From Acidobacteriota bacterium (GTDB lineage: Bacteria; Acidobacteriota; UBA890; WLXD01): a DNA stretch of 27,729 nucleotides. Within the stretch, counting starts at the first letter, position 1, and the number at the start of each line of letters is the position of its first letter. The position numbers and the translations under genes are program-made. The stretch lies in assembly GCA_965205505.1 (NCBI GenBank), contig CBDBHB010000002.1:1-27729 (forward strand). Direction: 5' to 3'. A model generated the notes under the pieces. That model saw nothing but the letters and a program-made list of their open reading frames with translations, did not search any database and was not told the DNA's origin. Shown here piece by piece: positions 9,446 through 17,877 of the stretch.

Positions 9446-9991
9446 ATGGCAACCCTGCTGCAAGAAGAGTTCATCGCCTGGCAATGCAGGGTGCGGAAAG
9501 AAGCGGTTCGCATGTATGGCGGCCGGCCGCGTGCCGGCATGCGCCCCGGCGTGGCGCGAACGGACGGTAGCCTGATATCCGAAATCACCGTTCTGCTGGC
9601 CGAAGAGGATCCCGAGGCGCACACCGGCTTCTTCCGCCACATCGTCCGCCAAACACCGGATCCGAAGAAGCGCTACGAAAGCGCCGTCAAGCTGCTTGCG
9701 GCGGAGTACTACGGTCGCCCCGAGAGTTTCTCGGGCATGCTGACGGCACAGTTTTCCCACGATTCGGCGATAGCCTCCGAGCTGGTCGAAGCCGGTCGCT
9801 GCGTGCTGGCGTTCGCCCAGGGAGCACGCGGGTATGGCCTACCCAGCGCTGTCGAGGAGCTTGTCTCATCCCACGCCAACCACCAGGCGACCTATTGGCA
9901 CAACCATCTGTTCAACCCGTGCCCGCCGGACAAGATCCGGGTGCTCGAATTCAGGCCGATCTGGGCAGAGGGCTGGAGACAAGACCGCTAG
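9446..9991 (+). CDS. Hypothetical protein (181 aa)
   Basis: Clean ORF with globular composition (FIAWQCRVRK...GGRP..GMRP; QATYWHNHLFNP). No function can be assigned from sequence alone. Confidence 0.75.
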   Translation: MATLLQEEFIAWQCRVRKEAVRMYGGRPRAGMRPGVARTDGSLISEITVLLAEEDPEAHTGFFRHIVRQTPDPKKRYESAVKLLAAEYYGRPESFSGMLTAQFSHDSAIASELVEAGRCVLAFAQGARGYGLPSAVEELVSSHANHQATYWHNHLFNPCPPDKIRVLEFRPIWAEGWRQDR

Positions 9992-10026
9992 CAGGCCGTG
10001 GTGGAAGTGTGGCGCACATGAAGGCT
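9988..10026 (+). repeat. Truncated end of the cruciform family (copy-B type)
   Basis: CTAGCAGGCCGTGGTGGAAGTGTGG is 24/25 identical to 21471-21495. It starts on the TAG stop of 9446..9991. Confidence 0.8.
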
Positions 10027-10046
10027 CCTGCCCCGTGCCTCGGCTC

Positions 10047-10073
10047 GTTAGTGTCCTGGTACAGGACACTAAC
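10047..10073. repeat. Perfect 12-bp-arm palindrome GTTAGTGTCCTG-GTA-CAGGACACTAAC
   Basis: Seen directly. It lies between convergent genes, and its ends resemble copy-A termini (TAGTGGCCTG). Confidence 0.75.
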
Positions 10074-10353
10074 CGGCGTTGTGGTCGCCTGCCGTACCGA
10101 CCGGCCGTGACTCGGCGTGCCCGTAGCACTGGGGCGCGCCGGCGATGATGGTCGACTGCAGGTCGTCCGTCGATGCCAGTGCTCGTGCTTCTTTCGCGTA
10201 GGTACGTGCCTCGAACCTCAGCTGCCAGATCGTGTAAAGGATGGCCAGCGCGAAGGACACCACGAAGAGCGCCATCTCGAGACCGACGAATGGGTACATC
10301 GGTCCGATCTCCAGCGGGTTGCCAAGCCAGTTCTCTATCAGTCCTGTTTGCAT
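10069..10353 (-). CDS. Small membrane protein downstream of the Amt transporter
   Basis: ATG 4 bp after the amt stop with a GGAG SD. MQTGLIENW...IGPMYPFVGLE followed by one hydrophobic helix. Confidence 0.7.
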   Translation of the reverse strand: MQTGLIENWLGNPLEIGPMYPFVGLEMALFVVSFALAILYTIWQLRFEARTYAKEARALASTDDLQSTIIAGAPQCYGHAESRPVGTAGDHNAG

Positions 10354-10357
10354 TCTC

Positions 10358-11749
10358 CTAGCCTCCGGCGACGCGCAGCTCTTCGGCGACGAGCTCGCAG
10401 GACGCCGCGGTCTCATCAGCCAGCACCTGGTGATCCAGACCCGCTAGCTCGATGGCGTGCGGGATACGCAGCATATCGAGCTTCTTCAAGACCGCGCCGA
10501 GGACGAAGCACGGCGCAAAACCCAGCACGAAGAACATGATGAAGGCTCCCGCAATCTGCCCCCACGGCGTGATGCTGGCAAACTCGGGGTTCGGCGAGCT
10601 CGGGTAGCCCCAGAGCACGAATCCTGCGATCACCACACCGAGCACGCCAGCGTAGCCATGCACCGCGACCGCGCCTACCGCATCGTCGATCTTGAACTTT
10701 CGCTCCACCCAGTGGTGCAGCCGGTACAGGCACAGCACCCCGATCGCGCCGATGAGCAACGCTTGCAGCGGATGGTAGAGATCATTGCCGGCGGAAGCGG
10801 TGATGATGCCGGCGAGGCCACCCGAGAACGTCCAGTAGGGATCGCCCTTGGAGACGAAGTAGCCGGCGATCAGCCCGCCTGACAGCGACAGCAGGAAGTT
10901 GAAGGTGATCGCGCTGAGCGTCGTCGGCGTGAGATAGATCGTCGTCGCCGCGAAGAAGGTGCGGGCGGAGTCGGGGTCGATGTCGATGATCGGGATGTTG
11001 CACGCCGCGTAGAAGCCCCAGAAACCCGTGTAGATCATGAACAGGCCGATGATCACCAGCCAGCTGTTCTGCGGTGGAAACGCCCGCGGCGTGCCATCGG
11101 AACGGAACCGTCCGATACGCGGCCCGAGGTGGTAGAGCACGGCCAACGCCGAGCCGCCGCTGACGGCATGGATCACGCCCGAACAGTAGGCGTCGTGATA
11201 GCCGAGCAGACGCACCATCCAGCCCTCACCGGACCAGCCCCAGGCAGCGTCAACGACCCAGGTGATCGAGCCCAGCATGACGGCGAAGAGCCAGAAGGCG
11301 CTCGATCGAATGCGCTCGATGACAGCTCCGGAGAGGATCGAGGCGCATGTCCAGGAGAACAGCAGGAACGCCCCGAAGAACACGCCGTTGAGGCGCGCCC
11401 AGGTTGCCGCATCGCCCGCAGTCAGCCCCGCCTGAGCCGGTTGGCCGCCCATGTGGGTGCCCATGAGCTCGCTCCATGGGACCGCGAACGGAGCGGAGAT
11501 CAAGCCGCCGGTAATGCCCGGTCCGTTCTGCAGCGCGAAGTAGATCCACCATCCGAAGAAGAAGAACGTCACGGTGATCAACGGGATCACCATCGCATTC
11601 TTCATCAGGGTGTGCATCATGTTCTTCTTTCGCGATACTCCGACCTCGTACAGGCAGAAGCCGACGTGGATGAGGAACATCAGGACGATACAAACCCAGT
11701 AGTAGAACTCCGTGAAGATGACGGTAAGGGCGGTGAACTCGTTTTCCAT
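10358..11749 (-). CDS. amt: Amt-family ammonium/methylammonium transporter
   Basis: Multiple TM helices. FLIHVGFCLYEVG.SR.KN, SILSGAVIERI, GYHDAYCSGVIH, LGPRIGRF and KIDDAVGAVAVHG; both pore His residues are present. GAGGAG SD. Confidence 0.92.
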   Translation of the reverse strand: MENEFTALTVIFTEFYYWVCIVLMFLIHVGFCLYEVGVSRKKNMMHTLMKNAMVIPLITVTFFFFGWWIYFALQNGPGITGGLISAPFAVPWSELMGTHMGGQPAQAGLTAGDAATWARLNGVFFGAFLLFSWTCASILSGAVIERIRSSAFWLFAVMLGSITWVVDAAWGWSGEGWMVRLLGYHDAYCSGVIHAVSGGSALAVLYHLGPRIGRFRSDGTPRAFPPQNSWLVIIGLFMIYTGFWGFYAACNIPIIDIDPDSARTFFAATTIYLTPTTLSAITFNFLLSLSGGLIAGYFVSKGDPYWTFSGGLAGIITASAGNDLYHPLQALLIGAIGVLCLYRLHHWVERKFKIDDAVGAVAVHGYAGVLGVVIAGFVLWGYPSSPNPEFASITPWGQIAGAFIMFFVLGFAPCFVLGAVLKKLDMLRIPHAIELAGLDHQVLADETAASCELVAEELRVAGG

Positions 11750-11854
11750 GGCTCCTCGGTGTCCTGCGTCAGACGGTCGTGGTGTTCGGCGTGTCGTCAG
11801 GCCCCGATCAGCCTAGTGACCAGTGCTGCGTACCACTATTTGTGGGGCGTAGCA

Positions 11855-13195
11855 TTAGCTCCAGGGGTACGGGCTGTTGGACACCGGGTGCAACTTCCCC
11901 GCGGCATAGCGGGAGAAGCGAAACGGTTCGAGCAACGCGCTCCGATTGCCGACGATCTCCTCCGCCACGAGCTTGCCGACACCGAGCATCTTGTAGCCGT
12001 GGTTGGAGTCGGCGACGAAGTAGCAGTTGCCGCGGAAGACGTCGAATACCGGGAAGCTGTCTGCCGTGAACGAGCCGATGCCGCCTGACGGCTCCTCGCC
12101 ACGGAACAGACCGGACTTGCCAACGAAGCGCTCCTGACAAAACGCCAGCGCCGAGCACCACATGTTGGCGAAATCCTCGCCGACGATGAAGTCGGGCGAC
12201 TTGGGTCCGTATGGATCGACTGCCACATCATCGGCATCCTTGTCGACCTTGTAGGGCATGGCGCCACCTTGGACGCCGCCGAAGTTGAAGTCCGGTTTGT
12301 AGTAGATGCCCCATATCTGGTCGGTAATCAGCGAGCCATCGAGGTCGGAGTAGAGCGGCGCGTCGGTGTCGATGTGCACCACCGGGGGCAACTCGCCGTC
12401 GTTTGTCCGCTGCAGATCAGGCTCGACGCCGAGCGTGCCCTCTTGCAGGCACCAGTAACGCCACATTGGGATGTTCTCGTGCACCGTGCCGTTGTCGTTG
12501 ACGGTGATGGTCTTGGGCAGCTCGAGCATGTCCCAGATGTGCTTCACCCACGGGCCCACACCCACGACGACGTAATCGGTGCGGATCGTCCCCTGGTCGG
12601 TCTCCACGGCGGTGATTCCGGCATCGGTGTGCTGGAAGCCGGCAACCTTCACCCCGGAGTGGATCGTCACCCCGACGCCTTCCGCCTTGCCGGCAAGCCC
12701 GAGCATCGACGCCATGTTGTTGGCGTAACCACCCTTCTTCTCGTGCAAGACGGAGGTGATTCCGCGAGCTCTCCAGTCGTGGAACAGTCCCTTCATGTAT
12801 TTCTCGGACTCGGCCGCTCCGACAATGAGCTCGGATTCGTAGCCGATCGCCTTCTGCTGCTCGTAGATCTGCGCGACATCGGCCTCCATCACGGCCGGGC
12901 TGATCTGCATGTAGCCAACCGGATGATAGCTATACGCTTCCGGGTCGCTGTCCCATACCTCGACGCTGTGCGCCATTAGCTCGCGCATTGCCGGCTGAAA
13001 ATAGTTATTGCGGATTACGCCGCAGGCAATCCCCGACGCTCCGACGCCGACGCCTTCCTTGTCGAGGACGATAATGTCGGCCCCACTTCCCTGCCCCCGT
13101 GCTTTCAGCTCAAGCGCCAGATGATAGGCGGTGCTCAGGCCGTGAATACCCGCACCGATGACGACGTACTTGCTTGCTTCCGGTAAAGAACTCAT
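11855..13195 (-). CDS. FAD-dependent oxidoreductase, DAO / sarcosine-oxidase-beta-like
   Basis: Rossmann motif VVIGAGIHGLSTAYHLA, GASGIACGVIRNNY, FTADSFPVFD and DSNHGYKMLGVGKLVA. Confidence 0.85.
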   Translation of the reverse strand: MSSLPEASKYVVIGAGIHGLSTAYHLALELKARGQGSGADIIVLDKEGVGVGASGIACGVIRNNYFQPAMRELMAHSVEVWDSDPEAYSYHPVGYMQISPAVMEADVAQIYEQQKAIGYESELIVGAAESEKYMKGLFHDWRARGITSVLHEKKGGYANNMASMLGLAGKAEGVGVTIHSGVKVAGFQHTDAGITAVETDQGTIRTDYVVVGVGPWVKHIWDMLELPKTITVNDNGTVHENIPMWRYWCLQEGTLGVEPDLQRTNDGELPPVVHIDTDAPLYSDLDGSLITDQIWGIYYKPDFNFGGVQGGAMPYKVDKDADDVAVDPYGPKSPDFIVGEDFANMWCSALAFCQERFVGKSGLFRGEEPSGGIGSFTADSFPVFDVFRGNCYFVADSNHGYKMLGVGKLVAEEIVGNRSALLEPFRFSRYAAGKLHPVSNSPYPWS

Positions 13196-13200
13196 CGAAA

Positions 13201-13540
13201 GGGAATTATATACGTGTTTACCCCTTGACCGGTGCGCCCCTACGGGTAAGGTGCGCCCCTACGGGTAAACTGTCTCTATAAATAGGAGGCAGACAAATGG
13301 CACACAGCGCACCAGGACAACACTACTGGAAGGGCCTCTCGATCATCGAGGTCACCGACATGTTTCCCGACGATGCGACCGCAGAGCGGTGGTTCGTTGA
13401 GACTCGCTGGCCCGATGGTGTGCGCTGCCCGCGCTGCGACTCCGACAACGTGCAGGAGCGCCCGATGCGGAAGCCGCAGTCGTACCGCTGCCGCGCCTGC
13501 CGTAAGGATTTCTCCGTGAAGGTCGGAACGCTCATGCTTG
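13201..13540 (+). mobile_element. IS1595-family left-end remnant
   Basis: Candidate terminal repeat GGGAATTATATACGTGTTTACCCC at 13201, TTGACC -35, AGGAGG SD, then the transposase N-terminus. No right end is found. Confidence 0.7.
13231..13268 (+). repeat. Perfect tandem duplication 2 x 19 bp (GGTGCGCCCCTACGGGTAA)
   Basis: Seen directly at 13231-13249 and 13250-13268. Confidence 0.95.
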
Positions 13541-13563
13541 AACAATGCCATGAGCGGAGGTGA
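13297..13563 (+). pseudogene. IS1595-family transposase, N-terminal zinc-ribbon fragment only
   Basis: MFPDDATAERWFVETRWPDGVRCPRCDS...YRCRACRKDFSVKVGTLM. The DDE domain is absent. Confidence 0.85.
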
Positions 13564-13586
13564 ATCTCGCTGTTCCTCACATGTGC

Positions 13587-13826
13587 TCACCCGAGTTCGC
13601 CAGCCCTCGGTCTCGGACACCCCATGATCTCGTCGGCCCTCGCTGCGCTGAGTACCCACTGTGCAGGCTCGAGCTTTTCCGGAGGCATGCCCCACCAAAT
13701 GGCTATTGCACGGAGGGCCTCCTGCTCGCTCCAATGCGGCTGGCCTGCCAGCTCCGCCACCAGATCAACGGCTTGTAGGAACTCGCGGCGACTTCCCTCG
13801 AGCCCCAGGCGTAGCGAGTTCTTCAT
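13587..13826 (-). CDS. Hypothetical protein of the element
   Basis: 79-aa ORF downstream of and co-oriented with the primase. No motif recognised. Confidence 0.35.
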   Translation of the reverse strand: MKNSLRLGLEGSRREFLQAVDLVAELAGQPHWSEQEALRAIAIWWGMPPEKLEPAQWVLSAARADEIMGCPRPRAGELG

Positions 13827-13865
13827 CGACTGCCAACGGTTGACGGCGCGCAGGGTCTATTGGAG

Positions 13866-14052
13866 TTACCGCGCTTATAGCGCTTTCCGCGCTACCGCTC
13901 ATGGCTTTAGCCAACTGCAGGAACGACATATCTCTCCCTTTGGAAAAGGAAAAGTGAAGACAACGCCAGGCGAAGCATGTGGCTCGCTACGATTTACTGT
14001 CTGGTGTTGCGCGTTTGCGCCATATGCGCGGTAAGCGCCATATGCGCTGTAA
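13866..14052. other. Candidate replication origin: two inverted arrays of 9-bp GCGC iterons around a purine/AT-richer spacer
   Basis: GCGC at 13871/13880/13889 (TTACCGCGC TTATAGCGC TTTCCGCGC) and at 14017/14026/14035/14044 (GCGCCATAT GCGCGGTAA GCGCCATAT GCGCTGTAA), located at the primase 3' end. Confidence 0.55.
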
Positions 14053-16243
14053 TTGATCGGACTAGCCTCCAGCACTCTGCCGGGCGGCCATTGGTGTTGA
14101 CCTTCGACTTCACGACGAGCCCCTTCGCCGACAGCAACTTCAGTGCTGCGCCGATCTGAGCCGAAGACTTGTGGCGGTCGAAGTGATTCCGGAGCCCAGT
14201 CCGCGTCATGCCATCAGGACAGCCATGAAGAGCGCTCAGGATCTGATCTGCGAGCGGGTTCCCCAGGTCCTCACCGAAGATGCATTTTGCTGACGCCAAC
14301 GCGTAATCCCAGACAGCGAGCGCGGCATACAGGTGCTCCGGCATAATTCTGCTGCTACGGTCCAGTGACGCGTATAAGGTCGCGAGTCGCACGGTCTGCG
14401 CTTCCGCTCGCGACGTGACAGCTCCGAGCAGCCCAGGCCGCCCTTCACTCAAGGACGGATAAACGCTGGCCCATATCGGGCGCGTCTCATCTGCCCAAGT
14501 GAGCACAGTCGTGCTCGATGCCCACTCGATCGCCGCCCGCAGCTGCTTTGTCACGTTCTCCAATCCCGCCGGGTCCAAGTCGCCGCCGAAGGGAAGGGCT
14601 TTCGATCGGCGAACGCAGATCCAGAGAAATCGGTTAGCGAACCCGTTGCCGGCCTCGGTCGCCGTCAGGTAGTGGCGCAACTCCTCGGCCGTGATGTGAC
14701 CGATGATCGATACGTGCGCCCCTGTCGCTCGAGTGGGACTTCCTTTCGTCAGTGTTTGGAGGTCACCGAAGTCCCAGGCGTTACGCAACGTCGGTGAAAG
14801 AGTGTTGCCCTCGCGCCGCAGGATGCGCAGTGTTGAGGCGAACTCGGCCTCGACCACCATGAGGCGTTTGTCGATCACGCCTGGGTCGTTGACCTTAAGT
14901 TTGTCTCTCTCGCCCCCGATTACGGGATCGCGGACTGCGTGGATCAGCCCCTCACCGCTCGATAGCCCGGACTGCACCCGCTGACCCCAGGCCTCGTCTG
15001 CCAGTACGACAGCGTTGCTGGTACGGCCCTGCGCTGTCCCCTTACGACCTCCGGCAGTCTCTCCGACCCATACGACGAAGAGGCGCCCCGGGTGCTCATC
15101 CGCCTCCACACGGAGATGAGGTCCACAGCCGATCGCGTTACCCGCCATCGCGAGAAAGCCCGTCAGCAGGGCGGCCGGATCAGCCTCACTGTGCGGCTCG
15201 ACAGTCCTTACGAATTCACCGGCAAGTCCGTAAAGTGCTTCTGGTTCCAGCGGCTCCGGCCACTCGGGCACGCGGTCCTTTTTCGGCTGGCTGGTGATGG
15301 GCGCGACGGCGCTCTCCGGGGACACGGCGGCCTCGATGTCTGCCACTACCGCCTCTAGCCCACGTAGATTGGCCAGGTCGTTGAAGTCCGAGCCGGTTTC
15401 ACCCGCAGCGAACGTGGGGACAGCCAAGAGCCCTTTGATTGTTCGCGCCGCACCGGTGGCAGAGGCGACTCCGGGATTGCCTTGTGTATCCTGGTCATCG
15501 TCCGCCGCGATGATGATCTGTATCTCGCCACCGAGCTTCCGCTGAAGCGCCTGCGCCACGGGCTTGAGGTTCCAGCAATTGAATGCGACGGCTACGGCGT
15601 GCCTCGTAGCCTCATGGATGGTGGCTCCTGTGGCGTATCCTTCGCAGATGATCAACGTGCCGCTAGGTTCACCGATCGGGTAGTAGCCTCGCTTCACCTC
15701 TGTTCCGGTCTGGAACAACTTGTCACCGTCTTCGCTGATGTACTGAAGTCCACGTCGGATCCCGTCGGTGCCGTATACGGGGATCAAGAGTTGGCCACGA
15801 TCCTGCCAGATGCCGTGGGCCTGGATCGATTTTGCTTGTAGGTAGGGGTGCTCTGATGCGGCCGGGGACGCGTTTCCCCACACGTACGCCGCTCGCTCTC
15901 GAGCCTCGGTGTGTCGTTGCTCTTCCTGCTTCCGCAGCAGGCGCTTGCTCCTCTCAGCTTTCCGACGGAACTGCTCGTGCTCGGCCGCGCTCATGGCGCC
16001 TCCTGCCTGGAGACACCACGTCTGCGAGACACCGGTGCGCCAGCTTCCGCAGGCCCCTGCCGGTGGGTCGTCGGCGTGCAAGACGTACCAGCCGTTTCGG
16101 CTTCGGGGCTTATCGCCCTCCACGTGAAACCGCCGGAGTTGGCCGTCTGCGCAGATATCGTCCGACGGGGCGACACCCGCTTCCCGCATCGCGCTGCGGA
16201 ACTCGGAGAGGACATCTGCGAGCGTGGAGGTTTTCACGGACAT
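13994..16243 (-). CDS. Primase/replicase: Toprim domain fused to a DUF3987 (YfjI-like) P-loop domain
   Basis: DGQLRRF...NGWYVLH...GSWR; IICEGYATGATIHEAT, IIIAADDD, GNPG and SDFNDL; VGETAGGRKGT, GLSSGEGLI, LRNAWD, HVSIIGHIT and NGFANRFLW; winged-helix-like tail. Start at 16243 or 16267. Confidence 0.88.
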   Translation of the reverse strand: MSVKTSTLADVLSEFRSAMREAGVAPSDDICADGQLRRFHVEGDKPRSRNGWYVLHADDPPAGACGSWRTGVSQTWCLQAGGAMSAAEHEQFRRKAERSKRLLRKQEEQRHTEARERAAYVWGNASPAASEHPYLQAKSIQAHGIWQDRGQLLIPVYGTDGIRRGLQYISEDGDKLFQTGTEVKRGYYPIGEPSGTLIICEGYATGATIHEATRHAVAVAFNCWNLKPVAQALQRKLGGEIQIIIAADDDQDTQGNPGVASATGAARTIKGLLAVPTFAAGETGSDFNDLANLRGLEAVVADIEAAVSPESAVAPITSQPKKDRVPEWPEPLEPEALYGLAGEFVRTVEPHSEADPAALLTGFLAMAGNAIGCGPHLRVEADEHPGRLFVVWVGETAGGRKGTAQGRTSNAVVLADEAWGQRVQSGLSSGEGLIHAVRDPVIGGERDKLKVNDPGVIDKRLMVVEAEFASTLRILRREGNTLSPTLRNAWDFGDLQTLTKGSPTRATGAHVSIIGHITAEELRHYLTATEAGNGFANRFLWICVRRSKALPFGGDLDPAGLENVTKQLRAAIEWASSTTVLTWADETRPIWASVYPSLSEGRPGLLGAVTSRAEAQTVRLATLYASLDRSSRIMPEHLYAALAVWDYALASAKCIFGEDLGNPLADQILSALHGCPDGMTRTGLRNHFDRHKSSAQIGAALKLLSAKGLVVKSKVNTNGRPAECWRLVRSITAHMALTAHMAQTRNTRQ

Positions 16244-16593
16244 GCTATGGGGCTGCTCATGACGCATGCTCGCGCCGCCTCGCGAGCCAAGCGAGCAAGT
16301 AATCTCCGGCCCCGCGCACGGACCGGCCAGGCCGGACAATCGCGATCTCTCCGGCCGCTGCCCATGACCATGAGTACGAGCTCGAACGCAGCGCTCCGGC
16401 CGCGATCTGTATCGAGTTGCCCTCTCCCAACAGCTCCGGCGGGTAGCCGTCGACTTAGTCGAGGATCAGCAGACGGATCGAGCGCGACGCCAGCGACGAC
16501 GCGGTGCTGACGCCCCCGATAACCGGGTGCCCGTCCGAGTAGGACTTCTCGCAGGTAGTGCTCATGCCGTCTTTCGTACGGCAACTTACTCAC
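16234..16593 (-). CDS. Hypothetical protein between HTH and primase
   Basis: GTGA overlap with the HTH stop and a stop overlapping the primase start suggest coupling. The protein sequence is uninformative. Confidence 0.35.
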   Translation of the reverse strand: MSKLPYERRHEHYLREVLLGRAPGYRGRQHRVVAGVALDPSADPRLSRRLPAGAVGRGQLDTDRGRSAAFELVLMVMGSGRRDRDCPAWPVRARGRRLLARLAREAARACVMSSPIACP

Positions 16594-16823
16594 AAGCGAC
16601 CGCCGGCAGCCAGGATCCCTGGATCGGCCGTAGATGCCCGTCGCTGAGCTGCAACGAACGCCTCCACATCCGCCAGCGCATAGCGGACGGCAGTCGCAGA
16701 GAGATTAATGAACGGTGGCCCGGTCCCGCGATAGCGCCAAGCAGCGAGCGTAGATATCTCCACGCCGAGTGCTTCGGCAGTTTGTCTGGGAGTTAACAGC
16801 CGTATCCCGTCGGTGGTTGCCAT
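16590..16823 (-). CDS. AlpA/excisionase-like helix-turn-helix protein
   Basis: LLTPRQTAEALGVEISTLAAWRYRGTGPPFINLSATAVRY...DVEAFV. Confidence 0.88.
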   Translation of the reverse strand: MATTDGIRLLTPRQTAEALGVEISTLAAWRYRGTGPPFINLSATAVRYALADVEAFVAAQRRASTADPGILAAGGRL

Positions 16824-16925
16824 GGATGCCTTCTCCGCGCTTTCGACAACGATGCATGGAGCTGCATCCTTGCAGTTCGGAAATGCGGAAAGGAGACCCA
16901 CCCCGTCGTCCGGAGTTCGCGATCT

Positions 16926-17864
16926 CTAGCGCGAAGCGCTCTTCCGGATCGTGCTCTCATCAATGCCGCGCCAGGTAGCGAGCATTCGTGTTGCCACGCT
17001 CGAAGGTCTAGTACGCAGCATAAGAATCTCTGCGGCGACCTGCGACAGGTCGGGCACGGACGGGTGAAGCAGGGGAGTAAACTTGATGCGTATTGCTTCG
17101 GCGCGTTTCTCCGCAACCTGTCGGCGGATGACCGCGCCGTCGATCTGAATCGCTTCGAGCAGCCTTTCCAACTCCCCTTGGACAGCCTGCTGGTTGGGAA
17201 GTAGAAGACTGCGACCGTGGAACTCAACGAGTGGGAACATCAGATCCAGGCACTCGGTAAAGCTGCGTGCGGCGCCACGCCTGACGGCACGAGCGCGATC
17301 GATGCTAATCCCGACCTGCGGCTCGTAATACTCGTCCCATCTTTGTTGCAGCTCTCCGATTCTGCTTTGCCAGAAAACCGCCTCGGGCGAGGCAAGCGCG
17401 TAGCCACCACTGCTAAGGATCTCTGCGATCGCTTGGAAGACATCCCCGATGCTTGTATAGCGTTTGACAATCTCGGCCGACTGAGCATCTGTGAACGACT
17501 CTAGAAGGAGAGTGCCTTTCGGCAGGTTCGGAGAGCCCTCGGCGCGCTTTATCCACCTGAGGTGAGGAACCTCTCCCTCGCTCGAGACCACTCCGAGCGT
17601 CAGCAGTTGCCTGCCGGCTTCATCTCGGTATTTCACCAGAGCCAGCTGCGTGGAAGCTTCAAGCCATAGTGGGTGGCCTCGGCGTGCCTGTAGCCCGCAT
17701 CCCTGAGGTAGGCCTTTCTTGATCCGAGCCTCAACCTCCTCCTGCTCGCGATCGTTGAGCAACGGAGCAACCCTTTCCCATGGGTGGTGCGGACCTCGAG
17801 CTGCCTGGTGAAGTGCGGGATAGCGGTCGGCAAGTACGCAGGCCCAACCTAGTGCACGCGACAA
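16926..17864 (-). CDS. Hypothetical protein, probably 5'-truncated by the IS21-like remnant
   Basis: 312-aa ORF with atypical codon use. The frame stays open up to the element at 17878. HTH-like C-terminus (VATRMLATWRGIDESTIRK). Confidence 0.6.
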   Translation of the reverse strand: MSRALGWACVLADRYPALHQAARGPHHPWERVAPLLNDREQEEVEARIKKGLPQGCGLQARRGHPLWLEASTQLALVKYRDEAGRQLLTLGVVSSEGEVPHLRWIKRAEGSPNLPKGTLLLESFTDAQSAEIVKRYTSIGDVFQAIAEILSSGGYALASPEAVFWQSRIGELQQRWDEYYEPQVGISIDRARAVRRGAARSFTECLDLMFPLVEFHGRSLLLPNQQAVQGELERLLEAIQIDGAVIRRQVAEKRAEAIRIKFTPLLHPSVPDLSQVAAEILMLRTRPSSVATRMLATWRGIDESTIRKSASR

Positions 17865-17877
17865 CTCTGGATCTTCT

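Noticed and set aside
11823-11853. Imperfect hairpin between the oxidoreductase and amt as a riboswitch or terminator
   Set aside because: Short, mismatched, without a U-tract or recognisable aptamer.
13231-13268. Direct repeats as a possible CRISPR array
   Set aside because: Only two abutting units, no spacers and no cas genes.
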